Source: Candidatus Latescibacterota bacterium (lineage in GTDB: Bacteria; Krumholzibacteriota; Krumholzibacteriia; WVZY01). From it: 64,000 nucleotides of DNA. Location of the stretch: assembly GCA_963791045.1 (NCBI GenBank), contig CAWBQK010000015.1:1-64000 (forward strand), given 5' to 3'. The notes under the pieces were generated by a model. The model made no database searches. It was not told the origin of the DNA and was given only the letters and a program-made list of their open reading frames with translations. Shown piece after piece: positions 39,486 through 49,462 of the stretch. Position numbers and translations under genes: made by a program. Position 1 is the first letter of the stretch; each line of letters opens with the position of its first letter.

Positions 39486-39812
39486 TCAGCCGCCGAGGGT
39501 ATCACGGAGAAAGGCACCATAGCCCTGGGAGAGCGCCGTCAGGTCCACGGCAATAATTTCGGGAACATCATAACTGTGAAGTTCGGTGACCACGCGCACG
39601 ATCTCGTCGAAATTCTCACGGCGGGTCTTGGCAAACATCATCGCCTCGCTGTCTTTCATCGTCTCGCCTTGCCACCGGTAAATACTGCGGCATTTGTCGA
39701 TGATATTCACACAGGCAACGAGTCCACCTTCCACGAGAGCAAGAGCAATGCGTTCGGCTTCATCTTCGCTCGAAGCCGTCATGAAAACGATTTGGTAGTC
39801 CGATCCGCTCAT
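39486..39812 (-). CDS. cutA: Divalent-cation tolerance protein CutA
   Basis: LVACVNI, SIYRWQG, HSYDVPEII. Confidence 0.93.
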   Translation of the reverse strand: MSGSDYQIVFMTASSEDEAERIALALVEGGLVACVNIIDKCRSIYRWQGETMKDSEAMMFAKTRRENFDEIVRVVTELHSYDVPEIIAVDLTALSQGYGAFLRDTLGG

Positions 39813-39875
39813 GACAACCTCCGGTGCAACTGGTCTTTGTTTAAAATAGAATAATCCGTCGAAATCCGGCGAGAA

Positions 39876-40910
39876 TCAGACACGGAGGTCGTCAAGAAAT
39901 TCGGGGGTTGCGGGCGCCGCCGAGATGACTTTGACATCGTCTCCGTTTACAAACCGGACGTCGACCGCCGGCTCATTTTTTCCGCCGCCGTACCTGGCAA
40001 TGATCGACGCGATCGTCTCCCACTCTTTGTCTTCGACTTCACCGATGATCACGGCGACCGGACCGGCGAATTCGACGGCGCCGGCGGCCCAGCGGTTGTC
40101 CGTATAATAAGAGAGAAAGTTGTTTTCGATTTCATCCCGGCCAACAATCAACTTGAGCTTCGGAGACAACCTGAAATGCCGTCCGACGCCAAGTACAAAC
40201 ACGTCCTCGACGGACATTCCCTCCGTGCCGCCGTGCTCGATCACATCGCGGAACTTGTTCGAATACGCTTCGTCGGTGAGAAAGCAGCAACCGCCCGACG
40301 GCTGCATGAATGACTTGAGCCCAAATCTCCGCGCCAGTTCGATTTGCATCTTTCTCCCCCTCCCGAAAATCCCGTAAAGTTTTTCGCGGTCTACGAGACC
40401 CTCCTCTTCGACAATGGTGGGCGGGAGAGCCTTGGCGGAGAGCGGTCTCAACAAGCGCCCCTCGAGACCTGTGTCTTTTTCGATTGCGCGAAGCATCGTT
40501 TTTAGCTGGGATTTCGGCCGCTGCCCGATCACCTCGCCGGTAAACACGAAATCGGCGCCTGTTTCCTCCATCCGCTCTTTCGCCTTGTTTAGCATGAAAA
40601 TGCGGCAGTCGACACACGGATTCATGTTTCTCCCGTAACCAAATCTGGGGTTGAGAACCATGGGAAGGTACTCTTCGGAGATATCCACCAATTCGACGGG
40701 GATTCCCATTTCCGCCGCCACCTGGAGGGCGTGGTTGGCAATGGGCCGCGTGGTTCGGCCCACTCGGCTATTGTGTCCGGTCACACAAAAACCGGTAAAG
40801 AAGTGAAGGCACTCCACCTCGACACCGGCGTCCTTCAATATTAGAGCCGCCAGCGCGGAGTCAAGCCCGCCCGATAAAAGTCCAACACCTTTGGCCTTTT
40901 TCTTGGTCAT
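39876..40910 (-). CDS. ThiI/MnmA-like PP-loop tRNA thiolase family protein
   Basis: SGGLDS, NPCVDCR, TGEVIGQRPKSQ, GRLLRPLSAK, GGCCFLTD, GRHFR. Confidence 0.8.
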   Translation of the reverse strand: MTKKKAKGVGLLSGGLDSALAALILKDAGVEVECLHFFTGFCVTGHNSRVGRTTRPIANHALQVAAEMGIPVELVDISEEYLPMVLNPRFGYGRNMNPCVDCRIFMLNKAKERMEETGADFVFTGEVIGQRPKSQLKTMLRAIEKDTGLEGRLLRPLSAKALPPTIVEEEGLVDREKLYGIFGRGRKMQIELARRFGLKSFMQPSGGCCFLTDEAYSNKFRDVIEHGGTEGMSVEDVFVLGVGRHFRLSPKLKLIVGRDEIENNFLSYYTDNRWAAGAVEFAGPVAVIIGEVEDKEWETIASIIARYGGGKNEPAVDVRFVNGDDVKVISAAPATPEFLDDLRV

Positions 40911-41037
40911 TATCCCGCCCACCGCCAAACTGTATGGGTACCCATTCTCCGACGACAATCGCCGCAGAAGCTCAAGAATCACTGAACCCATACAATATAG
41001 TCGGGAATCGTCTCGTTGACAAGCGGTCGAAAAGGGA

Positions 41038-41919
41038 TTACCGGCGGGCTGGTTGGCGTCTTGCCGACCCTAAACCCGTGCGGCGCGGATCGAAGGCGGA
41101 TCTTACGACACCGCTCAAGACGTAACAGCAAAGAACGGTCGCCAGGATCATCACCCCGGGGAAGATGGCAACCCAGGGGGCAGAGGAGAGGTATCCCTGG
41201 GCGTTTCTCAAAAGGGCGCCCCAACTCACCGCGGGCGGCTGGAGACCAAACCCGAAGAAGGACACGGTGCTCTCGATGAGTATCGCCTGGGCAAGCCCGA
41301 GAGTTGCCGCGACAAACACGGGGCCGCCCGTGTGAGGGAGTATGTGTCTGACGAGAATACGGTTATTCGATAGTCCCAGCGCCCGGGCCGCGTCCACATA
41401 TTCATTCTCTCGTGTGGAAAGCACAACCGAACGGACGATACGCGCGACCTCCATCCACTGGACGGATCCGATAAGGAGGCATAGTAGTAAGAATCCGGGG
41501 GAAAACACACTCGAGAACAAGAGGAGCACAAGCAAAACGGGGATCGACAACATCAGGTCGGCCGTCCGCATGACCACCGCTCCGACCAGACCACCGTAGA
41601 AACCGGCGGCGCCTCCTCCGATCAACCCGATAAGCAGCGCAAACAGAACCGCCGAGATCGCAACGGCTATTGTGAAGCGGCCACCCACCATCACTCGCAC
41701 GAAAAGATCGCGCCCCATGTCATCCGTCCCGAACGGGTGGGTCCACGTGGGCGAAAGAAGTTTGCTCCCGGGATCGATGGTATCGACCGGATACGGGCTC
41801 AAGAGCGGTCCGGCCACCGCGGCTGTGACGATGAGCCCGAAAAGCACAAGAGCGGCAAACGCCGCACCGTCCATGCGCCTTGCGGATTTTCGACCGACCG
41901 CCAATCCGGTTGACGCCAC
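41038..41919 (-). CDS. Peptide/nickel ABC permease (DppC/OppC)
   Basis: HPFGTDDMGRD, EYVDAARALG, RHILP, SWG, PWVAIFPG. Start uncertain. Confidence 0.88.
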   Translation of the reverse strand: MASTGLAVGRKSARRMDGAAFAALVLFGLIVTAAVAGPLLSPYPVDTIDPGSKLLSPTWTHPFGTDDMGRDLFVRVMVGGRFTIAVAISAVLFALLIGLIGGGAAGFYGGLVGAVVMRTADLMLSIPVLLVLLLFSSVFSPGFLLLCLLIGSVQWMEVARIVRSVVLSTRENEYVDAARALGLSNNRILVRHILPHTGGPVFVAATLGLAQAILIESTVSFFGFGLQPPAVSWGALLRNAQGYLSSAPWVAIFPGVMILATVLCCYVLSGVVRSAFDPRRTGLGSARRQPARR

Positions 41920-42008
41920 GGCGGTCCTGCGTGGCTCTCCACATGGGCTCGGTACCGGACGACGAACCGGTGCCTTTGGGAGCGCACTTCGTCTGAGAGT
42001 CCGTTTGT

Positions 42009-42968
42009 TTAACGAGCGTGTCTGATGCGGGGGTCGATGAACCCATATGCACAATCCGCCAAAAGGTTGACCAGCGCAACGAGAACCGAGGATACAACCA
42101 CGATCCCCATCAGCCGTGTGTAGTCTTGTCTTAAAAGTCCCTCGTAAAAAAGTCGGCCCATTCCCGGCCAGGAAAAGATCGTCTCTACAATTATCGACCC
42201 GGTGAACAAGACCGGGAGGCTCGTCGCCACAACGGTCAACACCGGCGCCAGAGCATTCCTGAGACCGTGGCGGAGCACGACTGCAGTCGTGGACAGGCCC
42301 TTGGCCTTGGCCACCTTGACGTGATCTTCCTCGAGGGCGTCGGCCACCGCTTCCCGCGTGTAGCGGCTCCAACTCGCCGCGAATACGACGGCGAGTACCG
42401 CCGTGGGAAGCGCCAGGTGGCGGAGATGATCCACAATCGAGAACGGAGCGCCGGGCACTCCCATGCCCCCTGGAGGCACGATTCCAAGCTTCACGCTAAA
42501 GAGCATGATCGACATCAGCGCGAACCAGAAAACCGGTATCGATATGATAACCAGAGACGAAATCGTCAGGAACGAATCAAGCCTGGTGTGCCGTTTGACC
42601 GCGGACAGAACCCCCACGGATATCCCGGCGAGTAGCGCGAGAACGAACCCCGACAGCATCAACTCGAGAGTCGCCGGTACACGCCGCGCGATCATTTTTA
42701 TTACCGGCTCGCCTGTGACGTACGAGTAACCAAAATCACCATGGAGCACGACCCGTTTGAGCCAGGATAGATACTGGATCGGTAGCGGCCGGTCGAGACC
42801 GAAGTTCGCCCTGATCCTCGCGATATCGTCGGGTTTGACCTTTGGATTCTCGGCGAGAACCGTCTCTGGGCCGCCCGGGATCGCATACATCAACCCGAAA
42901 CAAACCACCGAAACGAGCAAAACGAGCGGAATTATCCCTATGAGTCTTCTCAGGACGAATCTCGACAA
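42009..42968 (-). CDS. Peptide/nickel ABC permease (DppB/OppB)
   Basis: FGLDRPLPIQY, HLALP, AKAKGL, ETIFSWPGMG, DPRI. TTG start. Confidence 0.9.
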   Translation of the reverse strand: MSRFVLRRLIGIIPLVLLVSVVCFGLMYAIPGGPETVLAENPKVKPDDIARIRANFGLDRPLPIQYLSWLKRVVLHGDFGYSYVTGEPVIKMIARRVPATLELMLSGFVLALLAGISVGVLSAVKRHTRLDSFLTISSLVIISIPVFWFALMSIMLFSVKLGIVPPGGMGVPGAPFSIVDHLRHLALPTAVLAVVFAASWSRYTREAVADALEEDHVKVAKAKGLSTTAVVLRHGLRNALAPVLTVVATSLPVLFTGSIIVETIFSWPGMGRLFYEGLLRQDYTRLMGIVVVSSVLVALVNLLADCAYGFIDPRIRHAR

Positions 42969-43052
42969 ATGTAACCCCTTATTATCCAGCATGTTATACA
43001 TACACCCATAAGGGCGCAAGAACCACCGGAGTCAATGCGAGATTCGTACCAG

Positions 43053-43077
43053 AAAAACCCCCGCCAGAGGCGGGGGT
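43053..43077 (-). terminator. Hairpin/terminator between the SBP and permease genes
   Basis: cccccgcc-tct-ggcggggg followed by ttttt on the minus strand. Confidence 0.6.
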
Positions 43078-43112
43078 CAATCGGAGTCCAGGCTTTTTAA
43101 GCGATGCCGCGA

Positions 43113-44852
43113 TCAGTCAAGAACGTACCACTGGCTGGCATTCCATGTATCGGCGGATTGGGTGGGGTTCGGTTTGTAATTTTTGAGCCGCTTAGAACTC
43201 ACATCGACGGCCGTGTACCAGAAGAGCGGAATGACCGGCGCCTCGTCCACGAGGATGTCGGACACGTCGTGATAAATCTCGATTCTGCGTTCTTCATCGA
43301 TTTCATTGGCCCCCGCATCGAGAAGCTCCGTCAACCGCTTGTGTTTGATCCGCGGGTTGTTCTGACCCTCGGGCGGAATGTTGTGTGCCGCGTAGAGATC
43401 GCGCTTTGTCGCCGGTTCCGGTGACGACAACCATGCGTACAAAGCGAGATCGAAGTTGCCGCGTTTCAAAATCCCGTTCTCTTCGTACGAGCCGTACATG
43501 AGCGATGAACTGTAATTCTTGATCCGCAAATCGACGCCGATTTCCTTGAACTGCTCTCTCAACACCAGCTCGGTCTTCTCGCGGTTCAAACGGCCCGCCG
43601 TCGTCGAAATGTTGAGCGTAAGTTTCTTCCCGTCCTTTTCGAGAATCCCGTCGCCGTTTTTGACGACCCAGCCCGCATCGCGGAGCAGGCGTCTTGCCTT
43701 CACCGGGTCGTAACGAACGTTCTCGGCGGCTCTTCGGTTGTAGTATTTCGATGAGGGATATTCGTCGAGCGGCGCCGGCGCGACCAGCCCCTCGTAGACA
43801 ACCTCGCTGATCGCCTCGCGGTCCGTTGCGAGGCTCAGCGCCTGGCGAACACGCTTGTCGCTTAGAATTTCATTCTCCGTGTTCAGATCGATGTGCTCGT
43901 ACATCATCGTCGGCGTCAGACGGACATCGACCCCGGGGAGTGCTTTCAACTGATCGAGAAAACTGATATCGGCGTTGTCGTAAATATCGATTTCCCCGGT
44001 CTTGAGCTGGACGAGCAGAGCGTTCTCGTCGGGAATGAACTTGAAGACGATGTCGTCGAGATAGGGTCCGTCACCATAAAAGCGGTCGTTTCTCTCTAGA
44101 ATAAGATATGAGCCCGACTTCCATTCCTTGAATTTGAATGGACCGGAGCCAACCGGTGCGCGATGGTAGTCGGTCTGATGAAAGTACTCGCCGACTTCGT
44201 TCTCCAGCAGATGCTTGGGCAAAACCGACTCATCAAAGAAAATCTCCGATACGAAATCAGGGAACGGCCGATGCAGGAAAAATATGACCGTGTGCGGGTC
44301 GGGAGTCTCAACCGATTCGATGGTGTCCCACCCTTCCCTCGACTCGACGTTCACTCGCGGATCCATGATCACTTCGTAGGTGAATTTGACATCGGCGCTC
44401 GTCAGGGGAACGCCGTCGTGCCACGAAGCGTTCTTCCTGATCTTGTATGTGTATGACAGGTGATCCTTCGAAATCCCCCCGTTTGCCACAGTGGGAATCG
44501 TTTCGATCAAATCGGGGATCAAATGAAGCTCGTCGTCATATTTGACGAACTTGCTGAATATCAAGTTGCAGACGAGGTTGTTGACGGCGGTGGCATTGAG
44601 GATCTCGCTGAGACGTTCGGGTTCGTGCTGAACCCCGATCGTCACCCTGCCACCCATCCGAGGGCCGGTCAAAACGGCGGATTCTTTTGATGCTACCTGG
44701 TCCACTGACGATCTCCCGTTGGCCGATGTGTCCGGTTCGGGCCCGCAGCCCAATATCCAAAACACGCAAAACACAACTGCGCCATTGCGCAGCCCAAGAC
44801 CATTGTTTCTCAAACGGCGTCGTAATGCTGTCATGTGGACCGATTCCTCCAA
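43113..44852 (-). CDS. Peptide ABC transporter substrate-binding lipoprotein (family 5)
   Basis: Lipobox ILGC, WHDG.PLTSADVKFT, PVGSGPF, VRQAL. Confidence 0.9.
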   Translation of the reverse strand: MEESVHMTALRRRLRNNGLGLRNGAVVFCVFWILGCGPEPDTSANGRSSVDQVASKESAVLTGPRMGGRVTIGVQHEPERLSEILNATAVNNLVCNLIFSKFVKYDDELHLIPDLIETIPTVANGGISKDHLSYTYKIRKNASWHDGVPLTSADVKFTYEVIMDPRVNVESREGWDTIESVETPDPHTVIFFLHRPFPDFVSEIFFDESVLPKHLLENEVGEYFHQTDYHRAPVGSGPFKFKEWKSGSYLILERNDRFYGDGPYLDDIVFKFIPDENALLVQLKTGEIDIYDNADISFLDQLKALPGVDVRLTPTMMYEHIDLNTENEILSDKRVRQALSLATDREAISEVVYEGLVAPAPLDEYPSSKYYNRRAAENVRYDPVKARRLLRDAGWVVKNGDGILEKDGKKLTLNISTTAGRLNREKTELVLREQFKEIGVDLRIKNYSSSLMYGSYEENGILKRGNFDLALYAWLSSPEPATKRDLYAAHNIPPEGQNNPRIKHKRLTELLDAGANEIDEERRIEIYHDVSDILVDEAPVIPLFWYTAVDVSSKRLKNYKPNPTQSADTWNASQWYVLD

Positions 44853-44973
44853 ATACCATCAATGAGCAAAAAGCCGTCCAGAAAAGGGCTTTTGAGGCTG
44901 AGGAAACAAAAGAAGGCGCCCGAATACGGACGCCTCATTCGATCTGTCTTTTTTTTCGAGAACAACACAGAGT

Positions 44974-45357
44974 CTAAATCGCCTCCATGGCTCTCTGTAG
45001 TTTCTCGTTGACCCCGTTCGCTACTTCGGCGAGCGAGTCATTTCCGGTCGCCGTAGCCATCATCGACGCGTCAATCACGCCGATCGTGCAGCCACCGTCG
45101 TCGTTTTCGTACACGATAACATTGCACGGCATCAAAAGACCGATGTCGATTTCGGCGGATAGTGCTTTATGCGCGAATGGAGGATTGCACGCGCCAAGTA
45201 TTACGTACCGTCTGAAATCCACGTCGAGTTTCGTTTTGAACGTCTGCTTGACATCGATCTCAGTCAAAACACCGAATCCTTCGGCCTGCAGCGCCTCGCG
45301 GGTCCGCTCGACAACATCGTCATATGCCGCATCGACTTTTCTTGTAAAACCGTACAT
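44974..45357 (-). CDS. DUF302 domain protein
   Basis: GFGVLTEID, ILGACNP, GLLMPCNVIV. Confidence 0.9.
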   Translation of the reverse strand: MYGFTRKVDAAYDDVVERTREALQAEGFGVLTEIDVKQTFKTKLDVDFRRYVILGACNPPFAHKALSAEIDIGLLMPCNVIVYENDDGGCTIGVIDASMMATATGNDSLAEVANGVNEKLQRAMEAI

Positions 45358-45397
45358 TGACTCTCCGTGCATCCCGGGGCTCGTCACCAGCCCTGGA

Positions 45398-45721
45398 TTA
45401 GAGTACCGAGTCGATCTTTTCGGTGATGGACTTTTTGGGCTGGGCGCCGACGATTCTCTCTTTAACCTCTCCACCCTTGAATACCATAATCGTTGGAATA
45501 CTCATGATTCCGTATTTCGCGGCAACCTCGCGGTTGTCATCGGTGTTGAGCTTTCCGACCTTGACGCGGCCATCATACTCGCCCGCGATTTCCTCAACAA
45601 CCGGATCCACGATTTTACAGGGTCCGCACCATGGCGCCCAGAAATCGACGAGAACGGGGATATCGGATTTGATGACTTCTGCGTCGAAATTAGCGTCGGT
45701 GAATTCCATTTTCTTTGACAC
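45398..45721 (-). CDS. trxA: Thioredoxin
   Basis: VDFWAPWCGPCK, SIPT. Confidence 0.95.
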   Translation of the reverse strand: MSKKMEFTDANFDAEVIKSDIPVLVDFWAPWCGPCKIVDPVVEEIAGEYDGRVKVGKLNTDDNREVAAKYGIMSIPTIMVFKGGEVKERIVGAQPKKSITEKIDSVL

Positions 45722-45878
45722 TTTATGCCTCCTGTTACGACCTCAAACATGATATAGAGTGAAATTTCCTCTCAAAAATACCGAATTCGGGAGCTATTGC
45801 AAGCAATTTGTTGGGTTTCCAGCTGCCCCGTCATCGCCTATACTTTGTATGGGTGGTTCAGCCCCAAAGGAGGGGATC

Positions 45879-46343
45879 ATGGTTGCTTTCAAAGAACTCG
45901 TCGTTCCCACCGATTTCTCCGAGCATTCGCTTCGAGCGGTTGACTATGGAGTCGAGATCGGCGAGCGGTTTTCGTCGCACCTCACCCTCGTATACGTTAT
46001 CGAGCCGCTTCTCCAGGCGGCCGATCTGACGTGGACGACAGTTGATTTCGAGGAACTCAACAAGGCCCACAAACAAACAGCCGAAAAGCAGCTTGCCCAG
46101 ATCGTCGCCGAACGGGTCCCAAAAGACCTCGTATGCGACACGGCAATACTCTACGGCAAACCGTTCGTCGAAATCCTGAAGTTTGCCAAGAACGAGAACG
46201 CCGACCTGATTGTCATGGCGACCCACGGGAGGGGCGCGATATCGCATCTTCTCATGGGAAGCACCGCCGAGAAAGTCGTCCGCAAAGCACCCTGCCCGGT
46301 GTTGACGGTCAAACATCCCAAGCATCTCTTCGCCATGCCGTAG
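45879..46343 (+). CDS. Universal stress protein
   Basis: VPTDFS, DLIVMATHGR, GSTAEKVVRKAPCPVL. GGAGG RBS. Confidence 0.93.
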   Translation: MVAFKELVVPTDFSEHSLRAVDYGVEIGERFSSHLTLVYVIEPLLQAADLTWTTVDFEELNKAHKQTAEKQLAQIVAERVPKDLVCDTAILYGKPFVEILKFAKNENADLIVMATHGRGAISHLLMGSTAEKVVRKAPCPVLTVKHPKHLFAMP

Positions 46344-46346
46344 CGT

Positions 46347-49300
46347 CTATACGTCGGATGTGGGAGCGACCGCGGCGCGCGGTTGTTTCGAGCGGGACCA
46401 GATCCTGCGGACCCAGGCGGCGGAACGTTCACCGATCACATAGTAGGTTGGCAGCGCGATCAGGGTGAGGAATGTTCCGACGGCGAGACCGCCGATCACC
46501 GCACGCGCCAGAGGATAGTACTGTGTGCCGGCGACATTGGTCTGACCAACGGCCATCGGCATCAACCCAAGAATCGTTGTGCACGCCGTCATCACGATCG
46601 GCCTGAACCTCTCGCGCCCCCCTTCGAATATCGCTTCGTAGATCGTCCGGCCGTCACGCCGGAAATTGTTCACGTGATCGATCAACACGATTCCATTGTT
46701 GACGACGATTCCAATTAGAATAACCCCACCGATAAACACCATCAGATTAATATCGGTGCCCGTAATGAGAAGCGCCGCGATTACTCCAATCAAAGAGAAC
46801 GGCAGACAGAGCATGATGATCAGCGGATGCAGCAACGACTCGAAAAGCGCAGCCATCACGAGATAAACACACACCAGCGCGAGCAGAATATTGAGGAGCA
46901 TGTCGACCTGCTGTTCCTGCTGTTCGCGGATCTCGTCGCTAAAAGACCACGAGTAGCCGAGCGGAAGCTGAATCGTACTCATGACGCTGGAGACAGTCCC
47001 GATCATATCTTTGGCTTCACCGCTCTCATAAGTACCCTCGACCGACACGGCTGCTTTCTGATGCTGACGCCGGATTGTCGTCGGCCCGCGCGTCATACTC
47101 AGATCGGCGACCGTTCCCAACGTGATTTCTTTTTCTTCGTTCATTCCGACGAGCAGGTTCTCAAGATTGTGCATTCCGACCCTGTCCTCGGGGCTCAACG
47201 AAATGCTCATCGGAACCTCGCGCTCTTCCGTTTGAAAGCGGCGAAGCGGCATGCCGCGAAACGTGAGGTTCATAATACCGCTGACCGACTGCGGCGACAG
47301 GTTGTACTGTTGCGCGAGATCCCGGTTGAGCGAAATCTTGATTTCTTCGCGACCCATCTCGATACTCGTCCGCACATCCTCGAGCTTGCCAAGCAACGTG
47401 AACCGCCGTTTGACTACCTCGGCGTACTCGCTGAGCAGGTCCATATCCTCGCCGAAAAGCGTCACTTTCACCCTCTTGACACCTCCGGCGCCGCCGCCCT
47501 GTTCGTCTCCGAAACGCAGCGTCACGCCGGCGAGTTCGGGCAACACTTCTCTCAAGTTTTTCCGGATTTCCTTGAGCCGGTTCGGGCTGAGATATTTGTC
47601 ATCGAAATAGAGCGTCGTCCCCGCTTGGTTGTCCATGTAGTAACTGTAAACTTTTTCTATCCTCAGCTCTTCTTTCTTCTCAAAGAGAACCGATTCGATC
47701 TGGTCGACATACTTCTCTGTCTGGTCGTATGTAAAGTTGTCCGAGAAATCGTACGAAATGTAGAGGTTCTCAATCAGCTCCCCTTCTTCCATGCTGACCT
47801 CGAGTTTGAGCATCTTTGCCGCCATGATGCTCACAACGAGAAGAAGCGGAATGATCACGAGTCCCGTAACGAAAGGTTTCTTGACCGTGGTCCATTTGAG
47901 GATTCTCACATACCGATCCTGAACCCGGAGGAGTATCGCCGACTCCTTCATCTCCTTGGGCTTGAGAAGTCTCGATGTAAGAAACGGAATCATTGTCAGC
48001 GAGATCACCCACGAGAATATCAAAGCGACCGAGATCGTGACGCCAACGTGGGCGAGGAACATCATCAGTCCGTCAGAATCCTTTGTAAAAATCACGGGCG
48101 CAAACACGATAACCGACGTGAGGGTCGCCGCCGTAACCGCCGTGGCAACCTCTCTCGACCCTACGATCGATGCCCTGACGGGGTCCTCGCCGACGGACTG
48201 ATGACGGAATATGGACTCGAGCACAACGATCGCGTTGTCCACAAGCATTCCAACCCCAAGCATCAACCCCATCATTGTCAAAATATTGAGAGAACGTCCC
48301 GTGAAATACAAGAAACCACACGTACAAAGAATCGCGAATGGAATCGATACGGCGATAATCAGGGTCGTCGATATTCTCCGCAGAAAGAAATAGAGAACAA
48401 TGACGGCAAACAACGCCCCGATGATCCCGGCCATGCGGAGGCTGTTTATGCTGTTGAGGATCTGCTCGGACTGGTTCCAGAAAAGGAGGACATTGACCCC
48501 TTCAAGCCTCGGATCCTTGTTCACCTTATCGAGCTGCTTCTTGACCTTTTTGCCGAGTTCGACCGAATTCGCCCCGGACGCTTTCTGTACCCAGAATGCT
48601 ATACAGGGCTCGCCATTGAGATGACGCCCATAAGTGATAAGCGGCTCGCCATAATATATAAAGGCAATGTCCTTCAGCCGCAGTCCGGTGTCATTGATGA
48701 CCAGGTTTTCAACCTGCTCGAACTCGGAAAAACTGCCGACACCGCGAACGCTGTATCTCAATCCCTCGCTCGTAACCTCGCCGAGGGACGCGGTCAGATT
48801 CATCGTCTGAATCCTCCGGAACAGCGCGTCGACATCAATACGGTGAGCCTTGAGCTTGTCCATCTCGAGATAGATCATCACTTCTTCGGGCTCGATTCCA
48901 TCAATCCCCACGCGCCCGACCCCGTCGATTCTCTTGAGCGGGTTGATTATCGTCTTCTCGAGAAGATCGTAACTCCCCATTAGATCCCGGCCCTTGGCCG
49001 AGATCCGCCCCACCATGATCGGCTGATCGTTCGAATTGAAGGTAAACAACTGAATGCGCTCTATATCCTCGGGCAGCTCGCTCCGAATCTGGTCTACCTT
49101 TTCTTTGACCTCCATCCGCAGTACGTTGACATCGCGGCCCCAGTCAAACACGACGCCGACAAAGGCGCCGTCGGAGGATGACTCGGAAAAGAGCTGTTTC
49201 ACGTCACCCAGTGTGCTCAACACCTCCTCGAGCGGCTTGGCTATCTGCCGTTCCACCTGCGACGGCAGCGCATTGGGGTACGTGACGAAAATCCCGATAA

Positions 49301-49433
49301 AGGGGAAATCCATTTCGGGAAAGAATTCGACGGGGAGTTTGTACACCGAGATGGTACCGAGCAAGAGAAGCGTGACGAGCCCGATCGTCACTATCACCGG
49401 CTTGTTGACTGCCATCTCGTAAAGGTGCTTCAT
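46347..49433 (-). CDS. RND efflux permease (subunit 2)
   Basis: 1028 aa AcrB-like. GMLVDNAIVVLE, GIVVNNGIV, RFRPIVMT. Confidence 0.93.
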   Translation of the reverse strand: MKHLYEMAVNKPVIVTIGLVTLLLLGTISVYKLPVEFFPEMDFPFIGIFVTYPNALPSQVERQIAKPLEEVLSTLGDVKQLFSESSSDGAFVGVVFDWGRDVNVLRMEVKEKVDQIRSELPEDIERIQLFTFNSNDQPIMVGRISAKGRDLMGSYDLLEKTIINPLKRIDGVGRVGIDGIEPEEVMIYLEMDKLKAHRIDVDALFRRIQTMNLTASLGEVTSEGLRYSVRGVGSFSEFEQVENLVINDTGLRLKDIAFIYYGEPLITYGRHLNGEPCIAFWVQKASGANSVELGKKVKKQLDKVNKDPRLEGVNVLLFWNQSEQILNSINSLRMAGIIGALFAVIVLYFFLRRISTTLIIAVSIPFAILCTCGFLYFTGRSLNILTMMGLMLGVGMLVDNAIVVLESIFRHQSVGEDPVRASIVGSREVATAVTAATLTSVIVFAPVIFTKDSDGLMMFLAHVGVTISVALIFSWVISLTMIPFLTSRLLKPKEMKESAILLRVQDRYVRILKWTTVKKPFVTGLVIIPLLLVVSIMAAKMLKLEVSMEEGELIENLYISYDFSDNFTYDQTEKYVDQIESVLFEKKEELRIEKVYSYYMDNQAGTTLYFDDKYLSPNRLKEIRKNLREVLPELAGVTLRFGDEQGGGAGGVKRVKVTLFGEDMDLLSEYAEVVKRRFTLLGKLEDVRTSIEMGREEIKISLNRDLAQQYNLSPQSVSGIMNLTFRGMPLRRFQTEEREVPMSISLSPEDRVGMHNLENLLVGMNEEKEITLGTVADLSMTRGPTTIRRQHQKAAVSVEGTYESGEAKDMIGTVSSVMSTIQLPLGYSWSFSDEIREQQEQQVDMLLNILLALVCVYLVMAALFESLLHPLIIMLCLPFSLIGVIAALLITGTDINLMVFIGGVILIGIVVNNGIVLIDHVNNFRRDGRTIYEAIFEGGRERFRPIVMTACTTILGLMPMAVGQTNVAGTQYYPLARAVIGGLAVGTFLTLIALPTYYVIGERSAAWVRRIWSRSKQPRAAVAPTSDV

Positions 49434-49462
49434 GATTTCCTCTTGAAAATCAGCGATTCGAT

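Noticed and set aside
46827-48983. 718-aa ORF on the + strand
   Set aside because: Antisense shadow of the RND permease, with no recognisable motifs.
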